A stretch of 64,000 bases of DNA from Sminthopsis crassicaudata. Lineage: Eukaryota. A model generated the notes under the pieces. It made no database searches. It worked only from the letters and a program-made list of their open reading frames with translations, and was not told the DNA's origin. The position numbers were made by a program, and so were the translations under genes. This document shows, piece after piece, positions 12,870 to 25,684 of this stretch; the stretch's first letter is position 1, and every line of letters starts with the position of its first letter. The stretch spans positions 382,482,067 through 382,546,066 of the forward strand of contig NC_133617.1 of NCBI RefSeq assembly GCF_048593235.1, given 5' to 3'.

Positions 12870-13004
12870 TCACAGCTGTTGATTAGTGAAGAAGGATTTT
12901 GTTTCCCTGCAGATAGGATTTACACAGAGTGGACAGCTTAGAGTTAACTGCTTGGAGCACATTTCATTTGATTTGATATGTGAATGAACCAAATCAGCCA
13001 GTGC
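12870..13004 (-). CDS. FECH: Ferrochelatase last coding exon 11 ([44 protein letters not shown])
   Basis: ctgtttttcag| acceptor, 135 nt ending in TGA at 12872-12870. It carries the C-x2-C-x4-C [2Fe-2S] ligand cluster. Confidence 0.98.
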   Translation of the reverse strand, partial: ALADLVHSHIKSNEMCSKQLTLSCPLCVNPICRETKSFFTNQQL

Positions 13005-13461
13005 CTGAAAAACAGATGATAAGAAACAAAGATTAGCTAAAACTAAAAAAAGTATATTTCATACTCAGTTTATTTTTCCTTTTGAATTAACCCTGATCAT
13101 CACCAGACTATTTTCGGTTTGAGATTTTCTTTTAAAGTTCATTCATAAATCCTATCAACTAAAGACAATAAAGCTTTCTTTTTCTGGGAAACCTCAGCAG
13201 ACAAGGATTTTTGGAAATGAAATACTCTCACCAATACCCCAAAATAATTGTTTCTTGGAAAGTAGATTTTAAATTAACCTTATATGCACAGAGGCACAAA
13301 TAGGAAAATTGGGGGATAAAAGGGGAAACATGAAAGTATAGGGAATTTGATTTTTATTTTTTGTAATTAATTGGAACTCAAAAAGTTTTAATATGTGAGA
13401 AAACCAATATTCTATTCTAGTTTCTCAGAGGACTGTTCTCCTATATGTTCTACTAAGACAG

Positions 13462-13590
13462 NNNNNNNNNNNNNNNNNNNNNNNNNNNNNNNNNNNNNNN
13501 NNNNNNNNNNNNNNNNNNNNNNNNNNNNNNNNNNNNNNNNNNNNNNNNNNNNNNNNNNNNNNNNNNNNNNNNNNNNNNNNNNNNNNNNNN
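13462..13590. other. Assembly gap (129 N), probable location of FECH exon 10
   Basis: Run of N. No [20 protein letters not shown]-like exon was found by eye in the called bases between exons 9 and 11. Confidence 0.7.
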
Positions 13591-14042
13591 TCTTATAGCT
13601 TTTTTTTTTTTTTAAGATCTGCTATAACCCAAAACAAGCAAATAAACAAAACCACAACCCACAGTATTGGTTCAAAAGTGTCTACAGGCAGCTATTAATT
13701 GAAATATTGGACCTGAGCTATAAGTTATTATAGCTGTTATTATAAATGCCTCTTTTATTTCTACATGCTATTCTTATCTCTCCCAAGCATTATGTTTCTG
13801 ATCCATTTTTAAATTATCCTTAGAATGTAACTCTCATTTAAATCTGTGCTTCATTCTTTTTCCTCTAAAAAAATAACAAAGCAGACTAACACAATTCCAT
13901 TAGCATCTCGCTAGTTGCAAGTCATCCTCTATGTCTAACTTCATCCCTTACATGAAATACACATGTAGTATCACAGTTTTCATTAAAATATTCATTTCAT
14001 TCAAGTCCATTTGATTTATAACTTTATAAGAAATAACTACTG

Positions 14043-14203
14043 GAGCAGCTAAATGACAAAGTGGTCCGAGCAACAGCCCTAAAATTAGGAGAATCTGAGT
14101 TCAAATTCAGGCTCAGACACTTGATACTTAATTAATTGTGTGAAACTGGGCAAATAACTTAACCCCAATTGCCTCAACAGCAACGGCAAAAAGAAATAAA
14201 TAA
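14043..14203 (+). mobile_element. WSINE1-type SINE with 15-bp TSD
   Basis: TSD aagaaataactactg at 14028-14042 and 14204-14218. Confidence 0.88.
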
Positions 14204-14438
14204 AAGAAATAACTACTGTAGCCTCTTCTCCAACTTATAGGTGAGTTTAAATTACATGTACTTAGAGTTTGGTTTTTTTGTTTTTTCTTAACAAGAGATG
14301 AAATAATCAAGTGCATAAAATTATATCATGAACAATAAGAAATAGGGGAAAAAAAACCCTTGAGATTTCAGTGGCACAGGAAATTCTATGTGAAGAATAT
14401 GCAGCTTAATGCCTTCTCTGAAGCTTGAAGTCTTAGGG

Positions 14439-14622
14439 CAGAAGTGGGGAAGCTTTTTTCGGCCAAAAACCATTTGAATGAATATTCATAACATCATTCA
14501 CTAACCATACAAAATTATCAACTTATAGAACTCAGTTTTCAGCTCATCATCACTTGTGGTTGCCCTAGAAAATTCTTTCACAGGACACATATGGCCCATG
14601 GGTTCGACATTCCCCAACCCTG
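14439..14622. mobile_element. hAT-type MITE (family unassigned)
   Basis: Degenerate TIRs cagaagtggggaa / ttccccaaccctg, flanks tcttaggg / tcttaacg. Confidence 0.55.
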
Positions 14623-15243
14623 TCTTAACGAACTGCTTAAAGTACTCTGAGAGGTAAAGTGATTTGCCCAGAGTTAATATGTGTCAACAAAAGACCTGAA
14701 CCCAGGCCTTCTTGCTTCTGAGGTTGATTGTCTAGCCATTATACCTCTCCATCTCTAGTCAGTCCTGTAACAGGCCTGTAAGCCATTTTTTCTCCAAGAC
14801 ACATATGAGGATATAGTATAATTGAAAAAAGAAATGTTATTAAAGGAACAGAAAGGATTCTGAAATATTCACAAGTCAGAAAAAACCCCAAACCTACTAC
14901 AGTTTCCATTTTGGTTTCAAATGACAACTAACCTGCTTCCCTTTTTCCCAAAAAAAGGTGTGCACCATACTGTAATATGCAATAGCATCCTAGAGAGTGA
15001 CTTCCCATAGCCAATATAGAGTCTAATTTTCAGTAATGATAGGCTATGGTTCCCAGGATGTATCTCATAATATTTCATATTAATTTCAGATTGCCCATTT
15101 CTATCACAATAAAAAAAAAAAAAACCCACAATGCTCTTTTGGATAAACTATCACACAACTGAGTATCACCAATACAGAATGAAGTATTTTTCCCTCTAAA
15201 GTATCAGAATAAAAAAGCAAATTTACTAATTAGATAGTTTTTT

Positions 15244-15406
15244 CTTATTTATTTATTTTTTTTCTTTTTTGGCTGAGGCAATTAGGGTTAAGTGACTTGC
15301 CCAGAGTCACACAGCTAGAAGTGGTAAGTGAATGAGACTGGATTTGAACTCAGGTTCTCCTGACTTCAGGGCTGATGCTCTACCCACTGTGCCACCTACC
15401 TATCCC
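15244..15406 (-). mobile_element. WSINE1-type SINE, reverse orientation
   Basis: T-rich tail followed by the reverse complement of CORE and head; repeated flank gatagttttt. Confidence 0.88.
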
Positions 15407-16983
15407 TGGATAGTTTTTCCAGACTAATACATAATATAATTCAAAGTTGAGTGAGTTTTCTATGTATATATTATGTAATGAAGGTACTTAAATCATATTT
15501 GATAAATTTGGTTGATCTAGCCTCAAAACAACAATACAATGAGTTTTATTTGGAAATTGAATATCCAAATCTAGGATTTAGTAAAATTGTAAAATAGTAA
15601 AAGATCTAGGCTACCTGAATCTCTTCCTCTTCTTCTTCACATTAATTAGCTCTACCATAAGTAGATTGAAAAGTGGGGTGAAGGGGAATTGCTAAAACTC
15701 AAATTAGTCAATGAGATAGTCCTCAATTTAGAGAAAGATTATGTTCTTAAAAATTCATTTTTCAGTTGCTTGAAACTGAGAACACATATCACCATATAAA
15801 CAATATTATAAATGGTGGTGAGATAATTTCTTTGTTCTCTTTTATGTACTGACTTAGTCAATTGTCCCTGATGTGTGATCAATCTGATTGCTGAAATTAT
15901 AAATACCAACATAAGATGGATGTGAACTCAAGTATGGAAAAAAAAAAAATTTCCCTAACAAACTCTTGGTATAAACTGAATTAATAGCAGTGGGACAAGA
16001 AGATATGGCAAAAACATTTTAAAAAGCTTCTAAAGATCTCATTTTTTGCTAATTACAACCTTCCTACAGAGCCTTCTAACTGAGCTAGTGCCAAACCATC
16101 CTAGCACTCTTCAGAATATTCTGTCCCACAACAACATAACAGGAGCTGGCTTCCCATGGGGAATTCTTTGAGAGTAAGAAATATTATCTGAACCACCGTG
16201 TTTTCCTCTCACTGTATGAATAGCTAGTGGCCACAGTGGTAGGAGGACTATGTGTTCCCATTAGGATAGTCTCCTCTCTCCATAAATGCAGAATGCATTT
16301 TCTCATAGGCTAAATGTTATAAATGGTGGTTAGGTTTCCCCAACTAGCCCACAAAAGCTTATTTAACCCATAACATAGGTGAACTATAGTTTTTCTCCAT
16401 AATGAATGACAATTCACATCCATCTTACATTACGAGATGCTAACGATGGTATTTGTTATTTCAATAATCAGATTGATCACAACATAGTGGCAAATAGCTA
16501 ATTAAGTCAGTATATAAAAGAGGTCATGAAAATTACTAAGGACAAGATTCTGTGTTTATTCTTATCCTTATAATAAGCCATATGGATTTTGAAAAGCCAT
16601 ATGCCTTGTAACACATGATAGAAAAATAAATTTTTATAAAAGTCCCAAATTAAATGACAGCTTCAAGGAAGAAAAGGAATTATAGCACAACAAAACCCAA
16701 CTAATTCAGATGAATGGAAAGATGCCTGACAGGATTAATGAAAAGTCTTAAGAACTGACTTTTTAAAAACAGTACAGTTTTCATAAAGTATAATTATTCA
16801 AACTGAAATAAAAGGTGTTGTCTAATAGTGATCATCAGGCCACCTGTTTTAATGAATAAGATTATTTTTCACTTGCTAATATGATTCCAAATTATATTTT
16901 AAAGTATTAGTTATTTCCCTTTTCAATATTTTTTACACTATGAAATTATTATAATGAGAAGGGCTCCATGAAGAAAGAGGGTA

Positions 16984-17160
16984 GGGGCAGCTAGATGGCG
17001 CAGAGGATAGAGCATCAGCCATGGAGTCAGAGGCCTTGAGTTCAAATTCAATCTTACATACTTTACACTTACCAGCTATATGATTCTGGGCACCAACTCA
17101 CTTAACCCCAAATGCTGCACACACATACACACACACAAACTAAAAACAAACAAAAAAAAG
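16984..17160 (+). mobile_element. WSINE1-type SINE with CA/A tail
   Basis: ggggcagctagatggcgcag head plus CORE. Confidence 0.82.
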
Positions 17161-17344
17161 AATGGGGGTAGACAGAAACTCAATCCCAGTCAAAGTTACT
17201 ACAAATTCCAACTTAGTGGTATTCTAATTGAGTCACAGAATCATACTGACCTTAGATTTTGAAGGAGTCTTTGCAGGTCATTAGAGCTCATCCAGTTTGA
17301 CAATCTCCAACTTAACCATGGATAGTTTTTTGTGGGCTAATGTT

Positions 17345-17596
17345 AGAGCAACTAGGTAATACAGTGGATAGAGTAAAGGACTTGGAGTTGGTTTGTCTCA
17401 TCTTCCTGAGTTCAAATCTGGACTCACACATTTACTAGCTGTGTGACCCTCACACTAGTGATTTGCCTCAGTTTCCTCATCTGTAAAATGAGCTCAGCAA
17501 GCAAATAGCAAACCATTCTAGTATCTCTGCCAAGAAAATTCCAAATGGGGCCACAAAAATATAGACATGACTGAAAACAACTGAACAATAACAAAA
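17345..17596 (+). mobile_element. Mar1/MIR-type CORE SINE
   Basis: Head plus gcctcagtttcctcatctgtaaaatgag core plus the Mar1-like tail (tctttgccaagaaaa...ggggtcac...gacatgactgaa-like). Confidence 0.75.
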
Positions 17597-17843
17597 TAAA
17601 TCATGAATTCCCTCTAAAATATCACTAATTAGAGGTCAGAGCATGTCTGCCTGAATACCTTCCAGAAAAGAAAACTCCCAGCAGATTCTAGTACTGCCTT
17701 CTAGGAATCAAGAAAAATAAATTCACTATATCTTCTACATAAAAATCATTCAAGCCTCTGAGGATAGTGATCTTTTTTTTATATGAATGAATGCATAATC
17801 CCACTTAGGAAATCAGAAATATACACTCAGCAATATTTTTTTA

Positions 17844-18035
<192 letters not shown>

Positions 18036-19134
18036 CTATGAAAATAAAATATTAGTGAGAACATAAATGCACTCTGATATGACTTACAAAGAATTGTTCA
18101 TTTTGAAATCTGAATATGTACCATGAAGACACAAATAGAGACACTGAAGGCAAGGAGGAAGAAAGTGAAAATTAGGAATTGATAAAATAAAAATTGTAGG
18201 ATTCAGTTAATTGAAGACTTTGTTTTGTTGTTATATGAAAATTTAATTCAACAAGCATTTATTAAGTGCCCCTATTTAACCCTCATACTATTCAAGGCAC
18301 AACATTAATGTTAGGAATATGTTATATGGGAGTTATCCCTGACTCTCCCTCCATTCCCCATCATTGCTGAATGCTTTCTCTTATCATCTCCACCTTATCT
18401 TCCTCCAAAATTTGGTTGACCTCTGTAAAAAGGGAAGTAGAGAAAGGTAAAGTACTTATCCAAAGTTGGACAGCCCAAAAGTATCTGAGGCCATATTTGG
18501 CATCTGGTCTCATTGACCCCAGGTCCATTGTTCTGTGCATGGGGAAGCTACCACAGATTAAACGATGGCCTCTGAGGGCTCTTTCACTCCAAGTCTAGGA
18601 TCCTATGCTCCCCCAACCAGAACCTGAGTTTTCGGAGAACAACCACTATCTCACTTTCCATTTGTATCTGCAATACCTGGATTAGTGTTTGGCCCATAGT
18701 AAGTACTTAATCTATGCCTTTCCATTTACTCATTCATTCATTTTCCCTTAAATTACATTTACTTCCTTCATACATCCTATTCTGTCAATAAAATACAAGC
18801 TCCCTGAAGGAAGAGACAATTTTTTTCTAAGAATCCTTGCACAGTACCTTTCCTCTAATAAGTATATAGTTTGTTGAATCAAATTTTTCTTACAAGAATA
18901 CATATCTTTAAATCAACGATCATGTTATTTTTTAATTTTCTTTTTTCCTCTCTTTTACTTGGCTCAACAGTTATTTGTGTTTCCATGGTGAGTATCCAGA
19001 TTTCAAAATGTAAGTGCTGATATATGTATCATGGTCAATATTTTTAGCACTTAATTAGAGAACTGATTTTCTCTAAAGGCTGATGAACTAAAAAGATGAA
19101 AAAACCTATAGAAGATTACACTCCTAATTTATTA

Positions 19135-19257
<123 letters not shown>

Positions 19258-20374
19258 CTATGGTCAAGAAAGATTATGCTCTTAGGCTCCAATCATATGA
19301 AGAACATCAAGCAATCTGCTCATGAGTGATCTCCAAAGTACAATTAAGGAAAGACTGGATCTGGTGTCTTCTAAGATTACATAAATATTCTAATAATCAA
19401 GATTTTACTATTATCAGAATTATTACCAAATGCATTTGTAGTACATGCCAAAAAATGCTATAAAAAAAGGATAAAAAGGATCAATTTGATGTAGAAGTAT
19501 GTGTTCTGGAATCACGTGATACAAGAAAGGACTAGAAAGGAGAGAAAGAGATATTATTAAATGAAAATTAAGGTGCTAATTTACTCATCATGGTACAGAA
19601 AATAGCTTAGAGCTGGTAGGAAGAAGGTGAATAAAAGATAATGCAATACAAAAAGGATTAGATTATAAACTTAAGATTATACTTTAAACCTTTAGAGACA
19701 AGGTGTTCAAGAAATATGGCTGGCTGACAAAGAAAATGGTTAAATACCTTTGGAAATGTTCAATTCAGGTTTCTTTTGAACTGCTTCAGTGACGGTTTCA
19801 TACCAACCATAGAATTCAGAAATATCTACCCAGAATGCCACAGGAAGCATACGAATAGGTCAGGAAGAGATCACTAAGCCGACAATTTCCTTCTTCATTC
19901 TCTCCTCCTTAGAATTGTTGTGTCTAGTCATTCCATTGCTTTTTCTCTACTATTTCACCAGATTTTCAGGTTTTACTTCCATTAACTTGCTTTCCCCAGC
20001 CAGAAAATTTCCCTGTCCCCAACAAACTCAAGCCCTTAGAGAAACAGAAGGAAGCAAGAAGGAAAGAAAAGGGAAGCCCTAACATTATTCAGTTTTTTAA
20101 AAAACAAAATCAAAACTCTGAATTGAAGATCTAGCATTATGGATAGGAAAAAAAAAAAAAAAAAAAAAAAAGAGTTAAGAATCTATGGCCCATGGCAGAA
20201 GTTTAAGTTCATGGCTTTTGTTCTCTGTCTTCACTCTCCACTTCCAAAAAATCAAAATGAGCTGCTAACCTTGTTGTTAATTACTGAGTAAATGGACTTT
20301 GATATGAGAAAAAAACCATGGTCCCACTTGCCTTCCCTAACAGAGCAAGGAAGCAGCACAGGGCTCCTCACTGA

Positions 20375-20393
20375 TGACCAGCAGGTGGCAGTA
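20375..20393 (+). promoter_or_regulatory. CTCF motif TGACCAGCAGGTGGCAGTA (FECH intron 7)
   Basis: Near-consensus CTCF core in a locally GC-richer unique patch. Confidence 0.55.
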
Positions 20394-21739
20394 AAAACCC
20401 ACAAAAAGTCACCCCAAACTTCCCTGTGCCCTGGCCCCCTTCTCTGCCCCCTTCTCAAATCTGGTAACTTAAACAATAGAAATACAGTCACAAGATAGAG
20501 GGGCTTATACTTTTGAAAGGGAAAGTATGCCATCTTAGAGGTTTCAACGCGCCACACTTTCAGGACAGAATGCTTCTGAGCAATTCTAAGTGAAATGGAC
20601 TGCAACAGATTCTTCTCTTTCACTGTTTACTGCAAGTATTTTTCTTCTTTTTGAACCCATTTATCATAGTTGCTGTAATGTCATATGAACCATGCTACCA
20701 ACAGGTCAAGAAGCCAAGTAAAATGCCTCTTTTCCTTCTAGTACCTAATACATAAATGGTGTTCACCTAACATCATTTACAAGATGAATTACAGGCAATT
20801 TTTCCTTTGTTTAAGAATCAAATATAAAAATTTGCTGAGAAGTAAAATAGGTACTAAAAAAAGACATGGAGTACATACCCACAGATTCTTAAAAATCCAT
20901 CATACCAACAAAATTCTTGGCAGTCCAAAAAAATACATTCCAGCCATTTCCGCTTACCAAAGTGACAGTAATGATTCTTTCCAAAGCTAGAAGCATTCAA
21001 GATGCACAGATATGGAAGTGACCTTAGCGAGCATCTAATCTAATCCTTTCATTCTACAAAAATAAAGTTTTTTGCCCAACATCATACACTTAGTTAATGG
21101 CAGAAAACAGAGGGCTTCTAATTCCCAATTTCATGTTTTGTCTCCTATGCCTCTGTCAATCGCTGTTTCAAGAAAAATGGCACTAGGCTTAGAACCCTAT
21201 CTTTACCTACAATTAGCTAAGACAACAAAGTAGAGTGGGGGGAGCACTGGATTAGGAGTCAGAGCCCTGACCCTGCCTTCCACTGCCTGGGGAACCTCAG
21301 GAAAGTCTCCATTTTTCTCATCTGCAAAAAGAGGAGGAGGCTGAGTGGGGGGACCTCTGAAGCCCTTCTAGCTCTAAACCTACCAATCACCTGCTAAGAA
21401 TCAATTCTTATTCAAAGCTCTTGCTTGCCAAGTCTCCTGCCCATTTATCATTATCATTTTTTGAAATTCAACCTAACGTCATTAAGGTCAAAAAGCATGT
21501 GCATTATGCTTTAAAGGATCTGCGGTGTTGTTTCTTTTCTTCCCTTAAGGAGAAAGTGGTAGAAGATATATGACATTCCCAAGTAAGATGAAGAGGAGCA
21601 AAACATGGCGGAGCATGGTGGAGCACAAAGAAAACTGGTTATGTTTTATCACCAGTCACATATGTGAAATAGTGGAATTTGTGTTGGTTAGTCTCTGTGT
21701 CAAGTCTTCTTTCTAAAAATGTGGCTTTATGTGTACACT

Positions 21740-21870
21740 GGCTTACTCGCTGTCTAGGGGAGGGGGTGGGGGAAAGAAGGAAGAAAAAATTTGGAACACC
21801 AGGTTTTGCAAGGGTGACTGTTGAAAACTATCTACATATTATTTTGAAAATAAAAAGCTATTTTTAAAAA
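21740..21870 (+). mobile_element. L1 extreme 3' end fragment
   Basis: G-rich tract followed by tttgcaagggtga.tgttgaaaactat...ttttgaaaataaaaagc, matching the end of the L1 at about 32930-33030. Confidence 0.7.
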
Positions 21871-22610
21871 TGTGGCCGTAACAACATGAAATATGCTTGT
21901 CAAAAATATTTTTAGTGTCTGACTACCTTAATTATTCCATTTGACAAAGAGTTCGAAGTCCAACCCAGAACACATGAATATTGAAAGAGAAGCTTCTGCT
22001 TTTTTTAAGCAGAAAAGATGTTTTGATAAGCAAAAAATCAACATGTGTGATAAAAATTGTAAGAAAGAGGCAACTTTAAAAGAAAAAGAGTGCTAATGAT
22101 TTTGTGAATAACAAATAACTCCTTCTTAAATAAATCTTCTAAGAGTGAAGCAAGAGTAATCCAAAGGCTCAATTTTAGGCCTTGCCATTCAACTCTGACA
22201 AAATCCAGCTGCTGATGGTCTCAGAATTCTAACCTGATGCTTGACTGCCTCTCAACAAAGGGTCAAAGCAATGGAATTTGTCCCTTTTTTTCTGGGCTCC
22301 TTGAGCTATGCTTCTAACTTTCAAAGCATGGTGTTTTTTATTATATATGAATTCATATTATATATGAATACATATACCTAGTCATGGATGATGTGCGCTG
22401 ACCAATCTGGTTACTGACACTGAGAAAAAATATTATTTAGCCGTGACAGATAAGAATGTATTGGATGCCCATAAACTTAGAAGCTATTAAGGATAAATTA
22501 ATTTTATAAGTTTATAAAATGGAAGCAATAATTACTAAACACAAAAAGGAAAAAAATATTATGTATAAATTTTTCTTTGATTTTACAAAACATATTTTGT
22601 TATAACTTAC

Positions 22611-22709
22611 AGACATTGGCAGTGAGTGCGCGGAGAAAAGAATGACCACTTCTCCTCTCTTCTCTGGTGGAAACAGGTCCAATTCTTTTTGTATATGGTC
22701 CACAAAACA
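22611..22709 (-). CDS. FECH: Ferrochelatase coding exon 7 ([33 protein letters not shown])
   Basis: 99 nt, tttatag| acceptor and |gtaagt donor. It contains the catalytic His of the ferrochelatase signature LFSAHSLP. Confidence 0.98.
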
Positions 22710-24769
22710 CTATAAATATAAAGAAAAAAAAAGAAAGAAAGGCATATAAAAGCCAAAAGCAAAAGAAACAAAATTTGGAAATAAATAAGTTATACCAAAA
22801 TGTTCTTAGGGCAATATTAAAACAAAAAAAGAAATTTTTTTTTCATTTTTTGACAGCAAAAGGTAAGTCTTTCCTCCTTTAGTTCATCATCAAAACAGAT
22901 AACAAGGGTTTTAGGGGCCTGGGGAATTTGATGGGAAACTTCTAAAGCTCGCTAATGGCTCACTGAAAATGTACGTTCTGTGTCTGCTTCCCCTCGAGAG
23001 GCACAGGGCACGCTTCCAGATGGAGAGGAAACACATATGGGGAAGAGAAGTTGTTTTAAGATCTCTCATTTGCTCAGTTAGCAGGAAAACAGCTTACCAG
23101 GTCTTTCTAAAACTTCCTTTGTTTGGCTTTCAGGCCCATCACATTAAACTAAAATACATTAGATGGAAATAAGAGTAGGAAAAAGTCAGAAAATGCTGTT
23201 CTATTTTTATGGCATCTTTCAAAACAAAGTCAGTCTCCTAATAAGAAATTGGTGTCAATCCCAACACAACCATCAGAAGAAAACAATGCATAGAAATCAG
23301 CCAAATTATACATGGTCATAAAACAGGATTAGGAGCAGAACACCAGCCTTCTGACTTCAAGTCCAAAGTTATATTCATCAATTCCAATTTTTGATAAGTA
23401 CAACTTTCTTATTCATTTTTATCATTTATTTGTACCATCTTTTAAGTTGGAAGGCCAATTTACCAAAACAGAGTATATTTTTGTAATCTACATATCTATT
23501 CATGGTTCAATGTCCCATAAGTCAAACTCCTTAAAACATACTGAGATGTGTAGCCCCCTTTCCAGAATCTCTGAGCACCATTAGGTAAATTATAGCTTCA
23601 AGGTGGAAAATAGCATCCCAAAAGGCTGGAAGAGTTAATTCTCTCTTTTCAGTGCTCATTAATTACCTCCTTTTAAAAAAATTTATCACAAGGCAGGACA
23701 AACGCTTTAGTGTTTAGAGCTCTGGCTACCAGGTAAGCCAAAATTTGTAGCCAGAGGGCTGGAGAGAGTGACCTCTGCAAATTCTGTTTGGAGCCTAGAA
23801 ATGACCTTCATGTGATTGGCTCCAACAGATTAAGCCATATTATTAGTGAAATTAGTAGAAATATTATTTTATTTTGTTATTTCTGGGTAAAACCAATTTG
23901 GTACATATAAAACTAGGAAACAGGTTTTGTTTTTTTTTTCTGGCTTTTGTTATCATGAAGTCTTGTGTTTCATTAAGCTTACTGGGTTGTGTTCTGTTTT
24001 TTCTTTTCTGCTTAAGGATCCTTAACACTAAGAATGAAATTTATTACAAATTGGAATTTCAAAACCATCTTTTACACCATTTATGAATAGCAAGTGATAA
24101 ATACAACTTCATCATGATTTAAGATTGTCTGTGCCACGCTCAAAATCAGAGGAACACTTGTATAATCACCTAAAAATTTCCACTGGCAGCATTTTCTATA
24201 AGTAATCCAATTGCACAAAAAAAGAGAAACACTACCCTGAATCTTCAATCACATTGTGGAGTAGGGCAGCAAAATGCCTCTGAAACTCCCTTTCATTTTA
24301 TGAACAGAGACTTCCTCAGTAAAGAGACCTTTCCATCTTTCTTGTCCCCTTTTCAAAGAGTTGAATTTTAATGCAAATCTAATTACTCACTAGATGAGTG
24401 CAGGCAGACAGATGCTGTGCAGATCTGTCTGTTGAGCTTTGCTACCACATGTCAGTTCTTGACCTGAAACACCCCTACTTGCAAAATCATAAGCCTCAAC
24501 CAGAGCAAAGGCAAAAGACATAGTATGGTTTGGGTTCACATTCACACTAAACACAGAACTCTCTGCACATAGTCAAGAAATCAGATATACAAAACAGTCT
24601 CTGCAACTAAAAATCAGTCTTACCTTTTTTACTTTGCTTCTTAAAATAGTCATCAAGCCCTAGTTTCTAGATATGAAAAGTTATATTAACCTATTACATT
24701 ATTTACAACATGATCTAAAGGAATATTATAGCTTCTCTAAAGAGCTTAACCCAAATTCACAATGATGCC

Positions 24770-24788
24770 GAGCACCATCTAGTGGTTA
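24770..24788 (-). promoter_or_regulatory. CTCF motif TAACCACTAGATGGTGCTC (FECH intron 6)
   Basis: CCACTAGATGGTGCT core match. Confidence 0.5.
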
Positions 24789-24816
24789 TGGATTTTAAAT
24801 AAGAGGTCTTAGGGAA

Positions 24817-24846
24817 ACACACACACACACACACACATACACACAC
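24817..24846. repeat. (AC)n microsatellite
   Basis: AC run with one interruption. Confidence 0.9.
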
Positions 24847-25577
24847 TAAATCGACATTCTTCCAAAAGCTAGTGAACTTTCCAACTCCAACTTTCCATTT
24901 ATGGAACAAAGTAAAATACATATGTAGTGTCTGGTAATAATTATAGAGAGCATCACATGCAAATAATGTAGAGCAAATAGGCTAACACAAGAGATTCTAA
25001 ATAAATCACATTACTGCCAGGTGTATAAACTGTAACACAATGGAAACTAATAAATAATTCTCTATAACTGAATCATCAATACAAATATACTTTATCATGG
25101 TATGCCCTTTAGAAGCAAAATCATTATAATATAATTTTCTTAAGGTCTTATATAAGGGCCCAATGATCTTATATACTTTTTTTTTTCGGCCATGGTATTC
25201 AAAAATGTTGGAAGATCAATGAAAATACAGTTACATCACGAACAAATTAGTTAATGAACATTTAAGTATCTACTAGGTGCCCAGTATTGTTAAGCAACAA
25301 AGACAAAATAGAGTATTCACTCTAGAGAAGCTCACAATCCAGTACATAAATGAATTTATTTGTGACTTAATTTCGTTAAGATAAAAGCCTAAACATTTCA
25401 TTATTTCTATATATTATCCTATGTAATAAAACAAAAAACTAAACTAATGGGCAAAAAATCCAGAACATAACTGGTGGAATTAAAACTCAAAGAGAAGCTT
25501 ATACAAAGCAAGTAGAGATAAAAACTTTAACACCAACAAATAAAGCTACACACAATGGTAGTGATCTTCTACTTTAC

Positions 25578-25684
25578 CTGAATGAAAAGAGGATGGGTAG
25601 GCCATCTGTCAATAGTACTCCACTTCATCTTTGGTTTCTTCCCAACTTTATTATAGTATCGGTAAATAGCATTTAAGCTACTGC
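25578..25684 (-). CDS. FECH: Ferrochelatase coding exon 6 ([35 protein letters not shown])
   Basis: 107 nt, attttag| acceptor and CAG|gtaaag donor, conserved [10 protein letters not shown]. Confidence 0.98.

Noticed and set aside
24371-24431. Octamer ATGCAAAT plus a 9-bp hairpin (CAGACAGAT/ATCTGTCTG)
   Set aside because: An isolated short motif and stem, within chance expectation for 64 kb.
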